Part shown: positions 10,454 through 20,842 of the stretch, piece by piece
Layout: each line of letters opens with the position of its first letter
Numbering within the stretch: position 1 is the first letter of the stretch
IMG/VR virus record: IMGVR_UViG_3300031539_000007
Location: 32,001-96,000 of that record
DNA from: a virus
Reading direction: 5' to 3' (one strand)
Length of the DNA stretch: 64,000 nucleotides
The notes under the pieces: generated by a model
Seen by the model: the letters and a program-made list of their open reading frames with translations, nothing else
Databases searched by the model: none
What the model was told of the DNA's origin: nothing
Position numbers and translations under genes: made by a program

Positions 10454-10928
10454 TATCTATCGCCCCCTGAACTGTTGAGATGAGTTGCTGTAATTGGTCA
10501 AAGCTCATCCCTTCTAAGTTGAATATCTGTGGCTCGTTAAGCACGTTGTTCTGCTGGACGTTCACGTTGACCTGCATTGGGGCAACTGCCTTTCTAGCAA
10601 AGTCGAGGATTTCCAGTGGGTCGTGCATTGTAAGCGGCATCCCAAGCTCTATGTTACGTTGCATCTTGTCTTCAAACAAGACCTGCGCGTAAGCGAGCTG
10701 TCGGCGCGTCGATGCAATCGGGACGTGCGCTACTGCCTTGTCTACGTCGCCGTTTATCTCTATCCCCGCCTCGTTCTGGGCGTTGAGGAGCGCCATCACG
10801 TCCATTGGGTTCATCTGGCATACGTCGGCAATGACACGCGCCTCTGGCGGGTAGACAATTCCACGGCGGATAATCATCTCCTGGCGCACACATTTCTCTT
10901 GTTCTGTCAGCGGTTTTCGCGGTCTCAT
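10341..10928 (-). CDS. Probable terminase small subunit
   Basis: Immediately upstream of and overlapping TerL; helical protein with VNVNVQQNN...LEGMSFDQLQQL tail typical of TerS. Confidence 0.5.
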   Translation of the reverse strand: MRPRKPLTEQEKCVRQEMIIRRGIVYPPEARVIADVCQMNPMDVMALLNAQNEAGIEINGDVDKAVAHVPIASTRRQLAYAQVLFEDKMQRNIELGMPLTMHDPLEILDFARKAVAPMQVNVNVQQNNVLNEPQIFNLEGMSFDQLQQLISTVQGAIDSGTIIDAIATDVSPDFVGRTSDLDVAALQNVLTAPDD

Positions 10929-10966
10929 GGTTAAGAGTATACTCGTCTTGTAAACGTTGTGCCACC

Positions 10967-10994
10967 TTGACACGCCTTGGAATAGTGGTACAAT
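10967..10994 (+). promoter_or_regulatory. Sigma70-type promoter with extended -10
   Basis: TTGACA-N16-TACAAT with TG. Confidence 0.7.
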
Positions 10995-11003
10995 CCGTAG
11001 TAG

Positions 11004-11321
11004 ATGGGAATCCGCAAAACACTAATTGACCAATACGACACCTCCGAAAACCGCCAGCAAGTCTACCAACGAGACGGCGGGCGCTGTGTTGTCTGCGGGG
11101 GGAACTTCCACGACATCCACGAGATTGTGTCCAGGTCACACTGGGCCTCCACCGAGCATGATATGGCACTGTGCTTCGCGTTGAAGAACCGGGTATGTAT
11201 CTGCCGGTATCATCACGGTGAATATCAGGGGATAGCTGAAAAGATTGGCGAGTTGCTACGCCTGCTACAGCGCAGGCACGGGTACGATTACTCAGAGAGA
11301 GAGTTTGCAAATTATCTATGA
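11004..11321 (+). CDS. HNH endonuclease
   Basis: VYQRDGGRCVVCG...HDIHEI..RS...N..C.C..HH; lies next to the terminase genes. Confidence 0.8.
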   Translation: MGIRKTLIDQYDTSENRQQVYQRDGGRCVVCGGNFHDIHEIVSRSHWASTEHDMALCFALKNRVCICRYHHGEYQGIAEKIGELLRLLQRRHGYDYSEREFANYL

Positions 11322-12240
11322 GAACTATCACATATCGCAGAGAACAAAACAAGAAGCGCAAGCGCAGAGCCAGGCGCATAATCTCGCGCTGGTTTCACGG
11401 ACGCGATCTAGCCGACGACGAGCGATTCGTTGGTATCATGGCAGCCACGCCTTGCAGGTGCTCTTGCCCGTACTGTGGCAACGAGCGCAGGCACTTCGGG
11501 AAACGTACACGACAAGAGATTGTGGCAGATATAATTACTAATGAGCAACTAGAGGTTATATGAGTGAAATCGACGAACTTAAAAATAGGGTGTCGCAAAT
11601 CGAGCGATTCCTTGGTAGTAGAAAGGGATACGTGTTCGCAAAGATTGCAGACATTGAAGTGAATGGCGGGAGCAGCGGTAATGTGCGCGTTGTACATAAT
11701 TGCCCCACGATGCCGGCGGGGACAAGGGTGCTTCGCCCAATTCATAAACAGTGGTTGATTGATAATGGCTATAGCGATTATGACGCACCGGCTAGAACAA
11801 TACTTGACATAGCGTATTGTCCGTATTGTGGACAGAAACTATTTTAAGGAAATGAAGATAGAATACAAACTAACACTTATTACCAAACTCAAGGGAGATT
11901 AGAGGTAGAATGAACGATCTTGGCATAATTAAATTACAAGTAGATTACTTCAAAGACCAAGATGGAACGGTGCGCTGCGCATCGCTTGAAACTGGTAAGA
12001 GCATGGTGATCTTTATGCGTAACAAGGAGGGCAAGATTGTCACCGCCACGCTTGGTATGCCAGTGATCCCTGTAGAGACATTGCTGGAAATCGCCAAGGC
12101 GTTCGATGCGCCGAGCAATGGGTTGCATACGTACAAGTGTTCCCGTTGCGGCTATGCTTACACTGGGGACAAGCAACTTGATTGTAGTTGCGGTTGCTAC
12201 ACCGAGAAAATCTAAGAGGTCTGCATGAAAGGAGTGGTAC

Positions 12241-13221
12241 TTGACTAACTATAACTGGGGCGATGTACTTCTGGAAGCGCGTGGGGTTGCCGCTGATGGG
12301 TGCGGGGGCTGGCGGCATCTATCAAGAATGCTAAGTATTCCGAGGACTACACTCCGCAGAGAACTGCAAAAGCTAGGCGTCAAAGAATACGATGATCTGC
12401 TGTACGACACGGAACCCGATGGCATTGAATCTCCAGAGAGCAGTTTTGTTAAGCAACGCATCACCACGTCGGTTGCCCGCAATCTAAAGGTGGTATACTT
12501 CGGCGACATCCACGCTCCGTTCCAAGACGACCGCGCCATCAGCGTGACCGCGCAGATTATAGCTGATTTCAGACCAGACGAAGTTGTCTGCGGGGGCGAC
12601 TCGGTAGACTTCTACGCAGTGTCGTCGTTCGACCGCGATCCTGAGCGCGTGCTCAAGTTGCAAGAGGAGTTAGATATAGCGTTCGGGTGCCATGAAACGC
12701 TAACGTCAGCAGCCAGAAGCGCACAGTGGTATATGCTTGATGCAAACCACGAGGAGCGGTGGGTGCGCTATCTGCATAGCCATCCAGAGATTTCCAGCTT
12801 GCGCGTGCTTGAATTGTATAATTTGTTGAGGTTTAACGAGCTTGGATGGAAGGTCGGCGGGGCCGAAAGACGATATTGTAATGGTTTGTTGGCGCTAATC
12901 CACGGGGCAAGGTACAGCAAACATGCAGGCTGGGCCATTAAAGCGGAAATGCACGACAGGTTCTTTGACCACCATGTTCTGCAATTGCACAACCACAAAG
13001 TTGGCAGCTACATAAGCCACGGGCCTTTGCGCCAAATGTCTGGCTATGAGGTTGGATGCTTGTGCTCGCTAGAACCAGAATGGCACCCTCACCCAAATTG
13101 GAACCAGGGGATAATGCTTGTAGAGATTATTGAGAATGTGCCATCATTTAATAATCTTATATTCCACGCTGACGGCAACACTGTGTGGTCTGTGTTCGGC
13201 GGGAAGGTGTACAAATCATGA
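12241..13221 (+). CDS. Calcineurin-like metallophosphoesterase with N-terminal HTH
   Basis: GDIH, GGD..DF, ANHE.R, HG, H.H motifs; N-terminal SIPRTTLRREL. Confidence 0.85.
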   Translation: MTNYNWGDVLLEARGVAADGCGGWRHLSRMLSIPRTTLRRELQKLGVKEYDDLLYDTEPDGIESPESSFVKQRITTSVARNLKVVYFGDIHAPFQDDRAISVTAQIIADFRPDEVVCGGDSVDFYAVSSFDRDPERVLKLQEELDIAFGCHETLTSAARSAQWYMLDANHEERWVRYLHSHPEISSLRVLELYNLLRFNELGWKVGGAERRYCNGLLALIHGARYSKHAGWAIKAEMHDRFFDHHVLQLHNHKVGSYISHGPLRQMSGYEVGCLCSLEPEWHPHPNWNQGIMLVEIIENVPSFNNLIFHADGNTVWSVFGGKVYKS

Positions 13222-13443
13222 GCATTCTGGTTTGTCATAACTGCAAACAACCCATCTCTGCATTCGCCAAAAGATGCAACTATTGCGATGAGGCGGTGCT
13301 GTATCCAGAGCCGCTGGCAAGCACGAGCGAAGATGTTCTCCCAACGACACACGAAGAGCAGCGCGTCGTATACGTCTATCCAGACGACGAGCGCGTTGTG
13401 CGTTTCGACGAGAACTGGGAGGAAGTAGTTTGAGGTTTTCTCC

Positions 13444-13953
13444 TTGAAAGAGCGTGGCGGGGTTGACGGTGAAGCGTCGGCTTCACTGAGGGCGCGGGGG
13501 TGGATAGTCAAAGTCACCCGCGATTTCCTGAAATGCCATCGTTGCGGGTCACTGATTTACCCAGATGCCGCGCCAGGGTGCTTTGACGCTAGGGTGGCGA
13601 TACCAGTGTGGGATAGAAAAGAAATTGCTTGGTACGCCATCGAAGTCAAAAGCTCCCGCACCGCATTGCCGTTCGCGTGTATCGACGACAAGAAGCGCGA
13701 GTGGTCAGCAGCTCACACAAGCGACTACTCGATGTGGATGTGGGTATGTATGGGGGACAGAATTAACAGCAAGAAATATCCACGAGTTACGTATCTGTTC
13801 CCACTAGCACTGTTTTATCAATTAGAAAATTCTAGTAACAGGAAGTCTATCGCGTATGACGACGCCGCGCTGCTAGATTACAAACTACAATGGGAAGGTT
13901 CTGGATTATGGACGATACCAGAGACACACCAGTTTCTAACGAGTTTGGCATAA
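13444..13953 (+). CDS. PD-(D/E)XK nuclease, Holliday-junction-resolvase-like
   Basis: E...L...GW, PG.FD, AIEVKS; adjacent to recA. Confidence 0.55.
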   Translation: MKERGGVDGEASASLRARGWIVKVTRDFLKCHRCGSLIYPDAAPGCFDARVAIPVWDRKEIAWYAIEVKSSRTALPFACIDDKKREWSAAHTSDYSMWMWVCMGDRINSKKYPRVTYLFPLALFYQLENSSNRKSIAYDDAALLDYKLQWEGSGLWTIPETHQFLTSLA

Positions 13954-14086
13954 TCACACCCTACTCATCTTTGAGTAGCGGCGTAGCTGATGGCGTTTTC
14001 GCTATCGAAATAGGCAGAGAGCAAATCGTATTCTCTTGCGAAGCGGCAAGAGCGTTCGGAGAATGGCTTGTTGAAAAGGGGAAGGA

Positions 14087-15145
14087 ATGGCAGATATACT
14101 TGACGGAATCCTCGCCAAAGTAGAAAAGAAGTATGGAAGCGGGGTGCTTAACGGAAGAGCCAGAGATACGTTCTCAGGCGAAGCCAGACCTACCCCAATT
14201 TCTACGGGGAGTCTAAGGCTTGATTGGGCTATTGGTGGGGGAGAGGAATTTGGGGGTATCTATCGGCGCAGGATTACCACTGTGTATGGGTCAAAGAGCA
14301 CTGGAAAAACAACACTCGCTAATTCGGTAATCGCTAATGCGCAGCGCCAGGGGTGTAAAGCCATCCTTGTCGAACTTGAAGAGAAGTATGACAAGGTTTA
14401 CGCGGAGGCGTGTGGGGTTGACTTAGACGAGTTGATATTCTTGCACACTATATCCGACGATGACAAGATACAGGTTATCACGGGCGAAGAGGTACTGACA
14501 ATACTGCTACAGGTTGTAATGTCTAAGGCCGTAGACCTGGTTGTCATTGACAGCATATCGGGGCTAAGCCCCAAGCTCGAACTTAACGGGGAGATTGGGG
14601 AGTCATTCCCGGCGTTACAGGCACGGCTTGTAACGAAATTCATTCGCAAGATACCTCCGTATCTAGCCCGTAACAACGTAGCCCTGTTAATCAACAATCA
14701 GGTGCGCTCTAACTTTGGCGGGACATCGTTTGAGGCTCACTACACTATGCCAGGGGCATACGGGCTGAAGCACGGCACGGCGGTTTTAATCAAAGCGGCG
14801 CACGCCTACGTGAACAAGCAGTATAGGTTGAAGAGCGGGGATGAGTTTGTGGGAAGCAGGGCGCGGTTCTTCGTTGAAGAAAATCAAATCGCTAACCCTT
14901 ACCAGTCTGCCGACGTACCAATCATTAGCGGGAGCGGGTTCGATACGGCGATGGAAATTCTCTCGTTCGCTGGCGAGGTAGATTTCATCAGCAAGAAAGG
15001 GTCTTGGTATTATTACTTTGACGAGCACGGCGAAGAAGTAATGCTTGCGCAAGGCGAAACGGCGGCGGCGGAAGTGCTGCGTGAGAGCCCGGCGTTGCTA
15101 GAATCATTAAAAGGGCGCGTCGTAGAAAGGATGAGTGCAAAGTGA
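14087..15145 (+). CDS. recA: RecA-like recombinase
   Basis: ISTGSL.LD.AIG, Walker A YGSKSTGKTT, YA..CGVD, LVVIDSI, QARL, NNQVR, KKGSWYY, QG. Confidence 0.92.
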   Translation: MADILDGILAKVEKKYGSGVLNGRARDTFSGEARPTPISTGSLRLDWAIGGGEEFGGIYRRRITTVYGSKSTGKTTLANSVIANAQRQGCKAILVELEEKYDKVYAEACGVDLDELIFLHTISDDDKIQVITGEEVLTILLQVVMSKAVDLVVIDSISGLSPKLELNGEIGESFPALQARLVTKFIRKIPPYLARNNVALLINNQVRSNFGGTSFEAHYTMPGAYGLKHGTAVLIKAAHAYVNKQYRLKSGDEFVGSRARFFVEENQIANPYQSADVPIISGSGFDTAMEILSFAGEVDFISKKGSWYYYFDEHGEEVMLAQGETAAAEVLRESPALLESLKGRVVERMSAK

Positions 15146-15891
15146 ATAGGGTGAAGATAACCACCACAGAAGGGACTGGGAACACAACCAAAGTCGTTCT
15201 TGTTTGCGAGCAGGGCGAGTTCACAATCCCGTGCAGCGAGACACACGCCCGCATTGACGGCCCAGAAGAGCTTTGGTATGCGACTATCACAATTCCATTG
15301 CCATTGCTCGATCTTGATTTAGACGCAGAACAAGTTATTCTTGATGTATTAGAAGGATAAAAATGAATAATAGCTACACCCTAGAAGATATTAAGACCGC
15401 GTTTTGGGAAACGTTTCATAAACAAGGGGAACTGTTTTTTAGTTATTCTGGCATAGAAGAACGTGACAACGCCGACACCGAGTACTACTGGAATGAATTA
15501 CTAGATAGCTTGGCTGGTGTTGATGAACGAAGCCCTGTCCAAGAGAGGGCGCGGTTCTTCGTAAGGCATCCTCAAGAGGGCAAAGGGGTAACGCAATGAC
15601 AGAAAAGAACTTTGATGTATCCGTAATGCTTGACGCACCAATCCCGGCAGAATCACTGATTATGGCAGGGGATAGGCTCGCGCAGGATGAAACCGTGATT
15701 GAGTTTGAGATTGTCGCTACCTATCTCGATGGGGGTAAGCGTAGATTCCGGTGGGAGAGAGCAAAACGAACAGAAGCCCTGTCCAAGAGGACAAAGGAGT
15801 AACACCGTGACGATCATTTTAGAAGAACACTTTGATGTAGCCGAAGACAATCCGGCACTGCGTTTATGTAACACGCCTTATTAGAACGCAA

Positions 15892-16710
15892 ATGGCAAAA
15901 TCTCCGAATTGGTCTCAGGAAGAGATTGACTTTCTAAGAGAGTTCTATCCCAATAACGGCATACGATGGTGCGCCGAAAGATTACCATTAAGGACAGAGG
16001 GGGCTGTGAACTGCGAGGCGTGCATACTTGGGATCAAGAGAAACGACGATAGAGGATTTACTGACTATTTCAAGAACATAGACACTGAAGATAAGGCATA
16101 CTGGCTCGGTTTTTTGTTCGCGGATGGGTGCGTAGGGGACATAAAAGTATCTTTGTCTCAATCAGAAAGATACGTTGTTGACGACTTCCAAAAATCAATA
16201 GGGTGCAATTACAAAGTGCGAACTGTATACGGGAAGGAACACGCATTTAGAGATGGGAAAATATATACTTCAAAAACTCATTACTGTGTTGAAATACCGA
16301 GCGTAGATATGGCTAACGATTTGAGACGCCACGGGTGTGTAAACAAAAAGAGCCTCGTATTAGAATACCCAGATCATCTAAACGAACATCTTAGACACCA
16401 TTTTGCCAGGGGGTATTTCGATGGGGACGGGTGCATTCATGGCGGCATGTTTAACGAACACATAGTCGTAGCTGGTACGCAGAATTTTATTGAGGCGATA
16501 GCGAAGTCTTGCGAAATATTGTCGAAATATTCAATTCACAAACAGGGCAACATACACACATGCCACATTTCGAGCGTGCAAGCGATGAACTTTATGGAGT
16601 GGATGTATAGCGGGGCAACAATATTTCTAAAAAGAAAAAAAGACAAATACGATGCTCTTGTTAGCAGTAGAGAAAACTCGAAGGAGGGGAAATGGTGCAG
16701 GCACTATTAA
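15892..16710 (+). CDS. Free-standing LAGLIDADG homing endonuclease
   Basis: Two motifs AYWLGFLFADGC and HFARGYFDGDGCI, plus KS..L.YP and L.RK; more AT-rich than its flanks. Confidence 0.9.
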   Translation: MAKSPNWSQEEIDFLREFYPNNGIRWCAERLPLRTEGAVNCEACILGIKRNDDRGFTDYFKNIDTEDKAYWLGFLFADGCVGDIKVSLSQSERYVVDDFQKSIGCNYKVRTVYGKEHAFRDGKIYTSKTHYCVEIPSVDMANDLRRHGCVNKKSLVLEYPDHLNEHLRHHFARGYFDGDGCIHGGMFNEHIVVAGTQNFIEAIAKSCEILSKYSIHKQGNIHTCHISSVQAMNFMEWMYSGATIFLKRKKDKYDALVSSRENSKEGKWCRHY

Positions 16711-19700
16711 ATGGCAGCTTTGAAAATGGATGGAATGACATACCAGCCGGTAGCACTATCAATCAGGAGCCGGATAGCTGGGTGCTTACTTGGAAGGGGG
16801 TAGGGCAGCCCCTTGATTCTAGTGGCGCATTCGCCGGTGACGAGCTGCCCGTTTTTGAAATCGCACAAACGATCCCAGAGTGCGTACACAAACACATGGA
16901 TCAGCTTCCACCAGACGAACAGCCTGGCGGGGAACACGCACTTATCTTGGATGGTGTGTACACATATAAAGTGTTCTCGTCGGTCAACCCATTTGGCATT
17001 ACCCTCACGCAACAAGTGCCAGCTAATGGCGTCGCGACACTTACTGTCCCTGTGCAAGTTCATCATCATGGCGATGGTAGTTACGGAGCGTGCGCGGTAA
17101 AAGTAGAGCTTGTCGGAGTTGAATCTGTGAATACCGGATGGCTAACATTTCATGGTGGAATCAATGAATTTGAGTGGGTGTCCCCAACCGTCAGCACAAA
17201 TACAAACGGAAGCGCCGGTGTAGTCGTAACGCTAGAAAGCCGCGCGCTTGGTGGAATAGACTTCTTCATAGACAACCTGGTACTAACTGAAGCTGGCGAG
17301 ACAGAGCCGCCACCAGTCGTTCCGCCAACAGATTATGACGGGCCAGTTATTACTACTGGCTCTAAAATCTTCACCGCACACACTATCGGAGAGGGCGGGA
17401 CAATCGAGATGCTACAAGAAGGCCGGGCCGTGGGCGTTACATCGCCTACGGTAAAGGTGTTCTTGTCAATGGGCGCGTCGGATGACATTCACGACGCAAG
17501 CCCCGACACAATCATTGTCGGGCGTGTTGATAAGGGCTGGAACGGGGATAGTATTGAAGGGGTAAACCTGTCTGGAGACTTACTGGTCGAAGCGCAACGC
17601 ATTATGAATTTGGCGATGCCAGTATGGGCGCAGTTCCCCAACGTGCGGTACTGGGAAATCCTCAACGAAGAAGACCCTGTGGGCGTTGACGGGCATCGGC
17701 GTATGGGTATCTTCCAGTCTCATTGTATCGACATAGCCGACGCCAACGGCTACAAGCTCGCCTTGTTCTCCTACAGTTTAGGTGTGCCAGAGTGGGAAGA
17801 GTGGGAAGCGATTGTGGCGACTGGTGTATTCGCTAAAGCGAAAACGGGCGGGCACGCGCTTGCGTTGCACGAATATTCCTACCCGATGGACACCGGGTTC
17901 GGTGAAGCACTGCCAGGACAACCGGCATATCCGAATCGCGGTATACTAGCGTGTCGTTACCGCTGGTTGTACGAAGACTTCCTCAAGCCGCTGAACCAGG
18001 TTGTACCGCTATTTATCACCGAGGCACAGATAGCCCTGCCGGACTTCCCGACACTTATCACACCAGAAGCATGGCTTGATGAACTCGCGTGGTACGACGA
18101 GCGCTTGGCAGAAGATTATTACGTGGTCGGTGCGCATTTATTTACCCTGTCGTCTGTACCAGGATGGACAAACTTCAACTGGGTAGAGTGGCGCTCACAT
18201 TTAGTTGGGTACGCACTCAGCGTCAAGGATAGACGTAACGCCCTAGCGCCAATCATCGAAGAACCTGTAGACCCGCCGCTCCCACCAGGAGAGTGTACAC
18301 CTAGATTCCCGTATGCTAGGACATACATACTCATCCCGCCTCGCCACGGCAGTGAATGGGTTGGCCCATTACTTGAAAAAATCTGGAACGAGAGGCGCTT
18401 TACTATAGGATGTTCGGCTGACGATGGGGGATGGGGGCCAGGAACGGAAAGCAGGACTGTGCTGGCACTGAATCCAGATGCGTGGGATGGGGACTTGCAA
18501 GCGTTCTTCGATGAGTGGTATCCTGGCGTGCTGTATTTCCCTATCCATGCCGATACGCCAGAAGAATTTGCTCAGGCTGTATACGACTATTACAATCCGC
18601 CCACAGGCTTCCCGCCAGTGTGGGATGACGACATTACCTACGACTTACCACGGCGCACAGATTGCAGCCTATTCCCAGATGGCACGTGGCCGCAGCGCAC
18701 GCTGATACAGATTGACGGGGTGACTGCCCATCATGTCGGGTCTGATGCCACTCCTCTCCAGGTAGCCACGGCATATCTTCAGAAGGATGGATGCAGGCCA
18801 TCTATCCCCTACACTATCTGGATTGAAAAGGATGGCACGATTCTCAAGTGTAACCCGCTCGAAGATGCCGGGCTGCACGACAACACCAGTGGGTACACGA
18901 CCGTCAACACACACCTGAGCGTCGGGCTTGCGGGCGCGTTACACATTGACTATCCTACCGAGGCGCAGTACAACGCGCTGGTAAAGGTTATCTTCTGGTG
19001 TGTAGACAATCCAGAGATGAACGTCATCAGAGAGCGGGTAAAGGGGCACATGGACTACATCAGTACACAGTGCCCTGGGTGGAAGGAGGGCAGCAATACC
19101 GGCGCGGATCGCTGGAAGTGCGAGTTGTACGGCAGGCTAGGATGGGACATTGATGGTTGCGAGGTCGCCCCGCCGCCGTCTGGTGGTAACACTCGCGGGG
19201 TTCACGCGCACGCATCCACATCGCCACGGCTAACAACAAGCCAGATTATCGACCTGGTAGCACCTATGAACCTATCACACTACAAAATTCTCGATGAGGG
19301 TAGCCCCGCGAATGTCGAGCTGGCACTGGCACTGATGGCGAACGACATCGAACCAGTTGTCAGGCTGTATCAGGCCGGGCAGTTCCCTGGAAGAAATACG
19401 CGCATCCCCTACATCGGTAACATGCTTGCTACTGGCGCGACGCTAATAGAGATTGGCAACGAGCCAAACCTGCCAGTCGAGTGGGTGGACGCATACAGGC
19501 CGATGGTGGATTGGCACAACACAGAGATAGTCAATGCCGTAGCGCAGAGTTGGTTGCTTGATGCGCGCCAAGTTATTTCTATGGGCGGCAGGCCAGGACT
19601 GTACGCGCTCGCCCCCACCGACAGAGGCGGGGTTAATCCGCAGTTCTCAGATGTAATGTGGTTCGAGGGGATTACTAACTGGCTACGGGCCAACGCATTG

Positions 19701-20129
19701 TCAGAACTGCGCGGCTGGCTTAATGATTGGATAGTATGGTTGCCGGTACACAGCGGGCGCTTCGACAAACCGCTCGACTTTAATCCGTTCCAAGCCACGT
19801 ACAGGGACAGCATGTGTATGCTAGGGTACAATATTCACCAGCAGATTCTTTCTGATAAGTTTGGTGTGAGTGACGTGCTCACTATTGGCACCGAGGGGGG
19901 CTGCTACTCACCAGAATCACTGGTAAGGATGCAGTTCTCCCCTATCTACAATGAAGCTGGTTGGGGCACGGCGGTAGTAGAGATGCACAACTTCCTGAAT
20001 GCCAGGGGCGACATCGCGGCGGTGTGCTCGTGGATACTTGGAGTGAGTGATGATCCCACATGGGACGAGGATGCCTGGATCAGGCGCGATGGTAGTTGGC
20101 GCAGTCCAATGACAGCAATGAGGAGCTAA
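16692..20129 (+). CDS. Multidomain cell-envelope hydrolase/endolysin: CBM-like domain + GH TIM barrel + Amidase_2 + second GH TIM barrel
   Basis: LLNGSFE.GW N-terminus; WEILNEE/LHEY/FITEA; AHHVG...I..DG.I...H...VKGH...TQCPG zinc amidase; EIGNEPN/VH/TEGG; Pro-rich linkers. Confidence 0.7.
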   Translation: MVQALLNGSFENGWNDIPAGSTINQEPDSWVLTWKGVGQPLDSSGAFAGDELPVFEIAQTIPECVHKHMDQLPPDEQPGGEHALILDGVYTYKVFSSVNPFGITLTQQVPANGVATLTVPVQVHHHGDGSYGACAVKVELVGVESVNTGWLTFHGGINEFEWVSPTVSTNTNGSAGVVVTLESRALGGIDFFIDNLVLTEAGETEPPPVVPPTDYDGPVITTGSKIFTAHTIGEGGTIEMLQEGRAVGVTSPTVKVFLSMGASDDIHDASPDTIIVGRVDKGWNGDSIEGVNLSGDLLVEAQRIMNLAMPVWAQFPNVRYWEILNEEDPVGVDGHRRMGIFQSHCIDIADANGYKLALFSYSLGVPEWEEWEAIVATGVFAKAKTGGHALALHEYSYPMDTGFGEALPGQPAYPNRGILACRYRWLYEDFLKPLNQVVPLFITEAQIALPDFPTLITPEAWLDELAWYDERLAEDYYVVGAHLFTLSSVPGWTNFNWVEWRSHLVGYALSVKDRRNALAPIIEEPVDPPLPPGECTPRFPYARTYILIPPRHGSEWVGPLLEKIWNERRFTIGCSADDGGWGPGTESRTVLALNPDAWDGDLQAFFDEWYPGVLYFPIHADTPEEFAQAVYDYYNPPTGFPPVWDDDITYDLPRRTDCSLFPDGTWPQRTLIQIDGVTAHHVGSDATPLQVATAYLQKDGCRPSIPYTIWIEKDGTILKCNPLEDAGLHDNTSGYTTVNTHLSVGLAGALHIDYPTEAQYNALVKVIFWCVDNPEMNVIRERVKGHMDYISTQCPGWKEGSNTGADRWKCELYGRLGWDIDGCEVAPPPSGGNTRGVHAHASTSPRLTTSQIIDLVAPMNLSHYKILDEGSPANVELALALMANDIEPVVRLYQAGQFPGRNTRIPYIGNMLATGATLIEIGNEPNLPVEWVDAYRPMVDWHNTEIVNAVAQSWLLDARQVISMGGRPGLYALAPTDRGGVNPQFSDVMWFEGITNWLRANALSELRGWLNDWIVWLPVHSGRFDKPLDFNPFQATYRDSMCMLGYNIHQQILSDKFGVSDVLTIGTEGGCYSPESLVRMQFSPIYNEAGWGTAVVEMHNFLNARGDIAAVCSWILGVSDDPTWDEDAWIRRDGSWRSPMTAMRS

Positions 20130-20363
20130 ATAATATGGGTGACGAAAAACCAAAGGGACGGGTAACACAAGAACTGGTAGTGGACAGGCGTATACCGGCG
20201 ATTATAGCCTCTACACTGTATCTCGCGCTATCGGCGTTCAATATGCTGTACGCTTCAGTGTTCGCAGACGGGTGGCTAGATGCCGGTAGAGCCGTCGCGT
20301 TTGCGATAATCGCATTCTTCATTGGGGTTGGGCTTCTTGGGCTGACCAGAAAGGAAAGTACGC

Positions 20364-20840
20364 ATGTTGAGGAGTAGCCTCTGGCGCAAGCGCGTGGTTA
20401 TGGCGCGCGATTCTGGCAAGGAGTCATTTCGCTATGATGATATGGTTGAGTTGTGGGAGATTTCGAGGGCTGGAATCTCGGTTGCTTTGAAGCAACTTAG
20501 CGAGGAGTGCCCTGGCGGAGTTATCACTTCCAAGGACGGGCAGCGCACGGTGGTTGAGTTTGACTACGACTTACTCGTTGGAGATAATGACACGTTCGAC
20601 GACGACCTGCCGCTCAATATCCCTGACTGGATGGCGAGAGAAACGTATGATGCCGTAATGGAACGCGCTGATATTGACCTAGAGCAGTACGACATCTTTT
20701 TCTCTCATCGTGACGATGACTGGATGAGGCAATACCAAAGAGGCGGGGTTGTCATAAGCGTACACGAGAGCGGACAGAAAACGCGGTTGTACGAAGTGAC
20801 GTTTAGAGTTGATAATTGTGTCGTAATAGGGGGATTTTAA
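20364..20840 (+). CDS. Hypothetical protein with possible HTH
   Basis: MVELWEISRAGISVALKQL resembles an HTH. Confidence 0.4.
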   Translation: MLRSSLWRKRVVMARDSGKESFRYDDMVELWEISRAGISVALKQLSEECPGGVITSKDGQRTVVEFDYDLLVGDNDTFDDDLPLNIPDWMARETYDAVMERADIDLEQYDIFFSHRDDDWMRQYQRGGVVISVHESGQKTRLYEVTFRVDNCVVIGGF

Positions 20841-20842
20841 CG

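Noticed and set aside
13830-13844. Extra array site TTCTAGTAACAGGAA
   Set aside because: Several mismatches, inside a CDS and far from the array; likely chance.
15800-16720. Group I intron or intein around the LAGLIDADG gene
   Set aside because: No room for a catalytic intron core, and the ORF has its own start and stop with no intein termini.
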